From positions 1 through 11,900 of the forward strand of contig NW_021826708.1 in NCBI RefSeq assembly GCF_006345805.1: a DNA stretch of 11,900 nucleotides, written 5' to 3'. Below, piece by piece: positions 9,811-11,900 of the stretch (its first letter is position 1; every line of letters starts with the position of its first letter). A program made the translations under genes and the position numbers. The stretch comes from Octopus sinensis (taxonomy: Eukaryota). A model generated the notes under the pieces. It saw only the letters and a program-made list of their open reading frames with translations, did not search any database and was not told the origin of the DNA.

Positions 9811-10070
9811 TGTATATATATGCGTATATATTTGGCGAAAGATGCGAGTGAAGATGTGTACGTTTTCATAGTGACGTATAAGTACGCACGTGGGTTCGCG
9901 AGCAGAATTATAACACAGTAATTTCCCTTTATATAACGGTATTTCTTCATAGCGTTTTTCAGATGGCCAGATAACCGAAGAGATGGTGTTGTGGATTTCC
10001 AATTCGACATCTGAAACTCAGAGTTTTATCTTGACTATTGAGTAATTGTAACATATTATTTTACAGATAA
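9811..10070 (+). repeat. Right inverted arm (pseudo-LTR-like)
   Basis: Reverse complement of 8529-8788; ends directly in (TA)n/(TATG)n. Confidence 0.95.
9969..10031 (+). ncRNA. Non-canonical type I hammerhead-like motif in the right arm
   Basis: Stem I AGATAA/TTATCT; core CCGAAGA (U4 to C); stem II base GATG/CATC; an extra T; GAAA at 10013-10016; stem III ACTC-A-GAGT; GUU triplet. Same strand as the endonuclease. Confidence 0.5.
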
Positions 10071-10104
10071 ACATATATATATATATATATATATAATATA
10101 TATG

Positions 10105-10136
<32 letters not shown>

Positions 10137-10237
10137 TGTATGTATGTATGTATGTATGTACGTACGTATGTATGTGTGTATGTATGTATGTATGTATGTA
10201 TGTATGTATGTATGTATGTATGTATGTATGTATGTAT
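10071..10237. repeat. (TA)n followed by (TATG)n
   Basis: Direct inspection; abuts the right end of the PLE. Confidence 0.95.
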
Positions 10238-10700
10238 CTCGTTGCTATTGTGCAAAAGTTACGTGAGTTCAAAACGTTGCTTTTTCAGAAAACGTAAGAA
10301 TAATTTCACTATTCCATAGCAAAACCGTTGCACTACACTTTGACAATTCTGATCCCTTGGCATGTGAAGAAGTTGGAGATACGATTGTTTGACCAAAAGA
10401 ACCAGCTATTGCAAGCAAAAATAAATATTGAATGAAGGACGCATTTTGACAAATTTGGACATACGACAGTTTAATGTAATAGAAACAATACATATATGAT
10501 AGAATTGATGTTGATATCATTACCAGAATTTGAAGTCTTGTCCATTAGTGTTATATAACCCAACCAGGAACTGGTTTTTGCTCTTCTCGTTAATACATGA
10601 TGCTGTCTCTCACCTGCTCCAGTCTCTTTTTGTCTGTATCTTTCTTTCTTCCTCTCTCTCTTTACTTCTCTCTCTCTCAGTTTGTGTATGTGTGTGTGTG

Positions 10701-10732
<32 letters not shown>

Positions 10733-11044
10733 AATGAATGTATGTTTGCGAGAAAGAAAGAGAGTGCGTGTGTGTTGAGGTGAGTAACCGTACAAAATAT
10801 CATATAAGTGAGATAAGTTGTGGCCGCCACTGAGCCAGGCTATGTCTATCTTAACAACATCACCCATATAATTATGTTTTGGCTTTCAATTCATTTCCCT
10901 TTGTCTACTCTTGTCTCTACTCTTAGTTTCCTAACCGCCACCGCCCGCCCCACCACAACAACAACAGCAACAACAACAAAAGCAAGGACAACAAATACAA
11001 AAACAACAACAAATGTCTGCCACAAGAGTAGCTTGTGGGGGGGG

Positions 11045-11542
11045 TTAAGTCGATTACATCGACCCCAGTGCGTAACTGGTACTTAATTTATCGACCCCGA
11101 AAGGATGAAAGGCAAAATCGATCTCGGCGGAATTTGAACTCAGAACGTAGCGACGGGCGAAATACCTGTTTCTTTACTACCCACAAGGGGCTAAACACAG
11201 AGGGGACAAACAAGGACAGACAAACGGATTAAGTCGATTATATCGACCCCAGTGCGTAACTGGTACTTATTTAATCGACCCCGAAAGGACGAAAGGCAAA
11301 GTCGACCTCAGCGGAATTTGAACTCAGAACGTAGCGGCAGATGAAATACCTATTTCTTTATTGCCCAAAAGGGTTAAACACAGAGAGGACACACGGACAG
11401 ACAAAGGGATTAAATCGATTATATCCACTCCAGTGCGTAACTGTACTTATTTAATCGACTCCGAATGGATGAAAGGCAAAGACGACCCCTCAGCGGAATT
11501 TGAACTCGGAACGTAGCTAACGATTCTGCCTGCTCGCCGCCT
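11045..11542 (-). mobile_element. tRNA-derived SINE (family B), trimeric
   Basis: Units at 11045-11166 (lacking the usual tail), 11167-11350 and 11351-11516. The head 11517-11541 has an internal deletion. Junctions GAAATACC|T(G/A)TTTCTTTA are as in 6615-7027. Confidence 0.85.
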
Positions 11543-11875
11543 ACACCGACAACAAGAATAATAACAGCAAAACAATATGAACTCAATCAATACCAACAAC
11601 AACAATAAAAACACAACACTTCCAGTAATCAAATAGCAAAGACAGTGTGGTGTGTAGCGACGGAGTGGCTATGATCTCGTCTGGATTGAATGAAATAAGG
11701 AAATATCAAGAAAAGAGAGAGAGAAGAGGGGAAGAACGGAAAGAAGGTGGAGAGAGAGAGAGAGAGAAGGGTTGAACGTGGCTTATTGTTGTTTGTTGTT
11801 GCTATTATTGTTATTATGTGTTTGTGGAGATCGGGTGGAAAGAAGAGGCAGGCGAGGCGCCGCCTAACCGACAAG

Positions 11876-11900
11876 ATGGCGGAGACGATCAGTGTCGCGT
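11876..11900 (+). CDS. Possible translation start of a host gene (MAETISVA...), running off the window edge
   Basis: CAAGATGGCGG context (strong Kozak, YY1-like motif) in a CpG-rich patch at 11820-11900. Only 8 codons are visible. Confidence 0.25.

Larger units (their letters stand above)
8465..10070 (+). mobile_element. 5'-truncated Penelope-like retroelement with inverted pseudo-LTR arms
   Basis: GIY-YIG endonuclease remnant between 260-bp inverted arms (8529-8788 and 9811-10070). The left arm extends about 64 nt further outward. Both outer ends abut microsatellites and both arms carry a hammerhead-like fold. Confidence 0.78.

Noticed and set aside
8589-10010. Near-identical ORF pairs 8589-8834/9729-10010 and 8597-8791/9781-10002 as duplicated small genes
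   Set aside because: The similarity is fully explained by the 260-bp inverted arms. No family is recognisable, and they lie antisense to the hammerhead-like motif.
10310-10490. Frame with three in-frame TGA codons (10390, 10429, 10447) as a selenoprotein or decayed gene
   Set aside because: No SECIS-like element or recognisable domain; three TGAs are unremarkable in AT-rich DNA.
11045-11516. Regularly spaced palindromic repeats resembling a CRISPR array
   Set aside because: The whole unit of about 184 bp repeats, there are no unique spacers, the context is eukaryotic and no cas genes are present.

Overview
AT-rich, microsatellite-saturated animal non-coding DNA. The repeat families resemble octopus (cephalopod) repeats; this is recognised from memory, not from a search. 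No intact host gene is supported, although a possible translation start lies in the last 25 bp. Almost all ORFs in the track are microsatellite or repeat artefacts. Supported content: (1) an 817-bp mariner derivative with TA target duplication, built from two 5' ends in inverted orientation and lacking the catalytic domain (672-1488); (2) a 5'-truncated Penelope-like retroelement (PLE) with a frameshifted GIY-YIG endonuclease, bracketed by 260-bp inverted pseudo-LTR-like arms that differ at 10 positions (8465-10070); (3) several tRNA-derived SINE families, one present as a dimer with a perfect 15-bp target-site duplication and as a trimer with the same unit junction; (4) four sequence-unrelated short modules, each carrying a type I hammerhead-ribozyme-like fold with a palindromic or near-loopless stem III, located about 45-105 nt upstream of a 3' end fused to an A/T-rich microsatellite. 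The hammerhead folds were derived by hand; none has been computed or tested.
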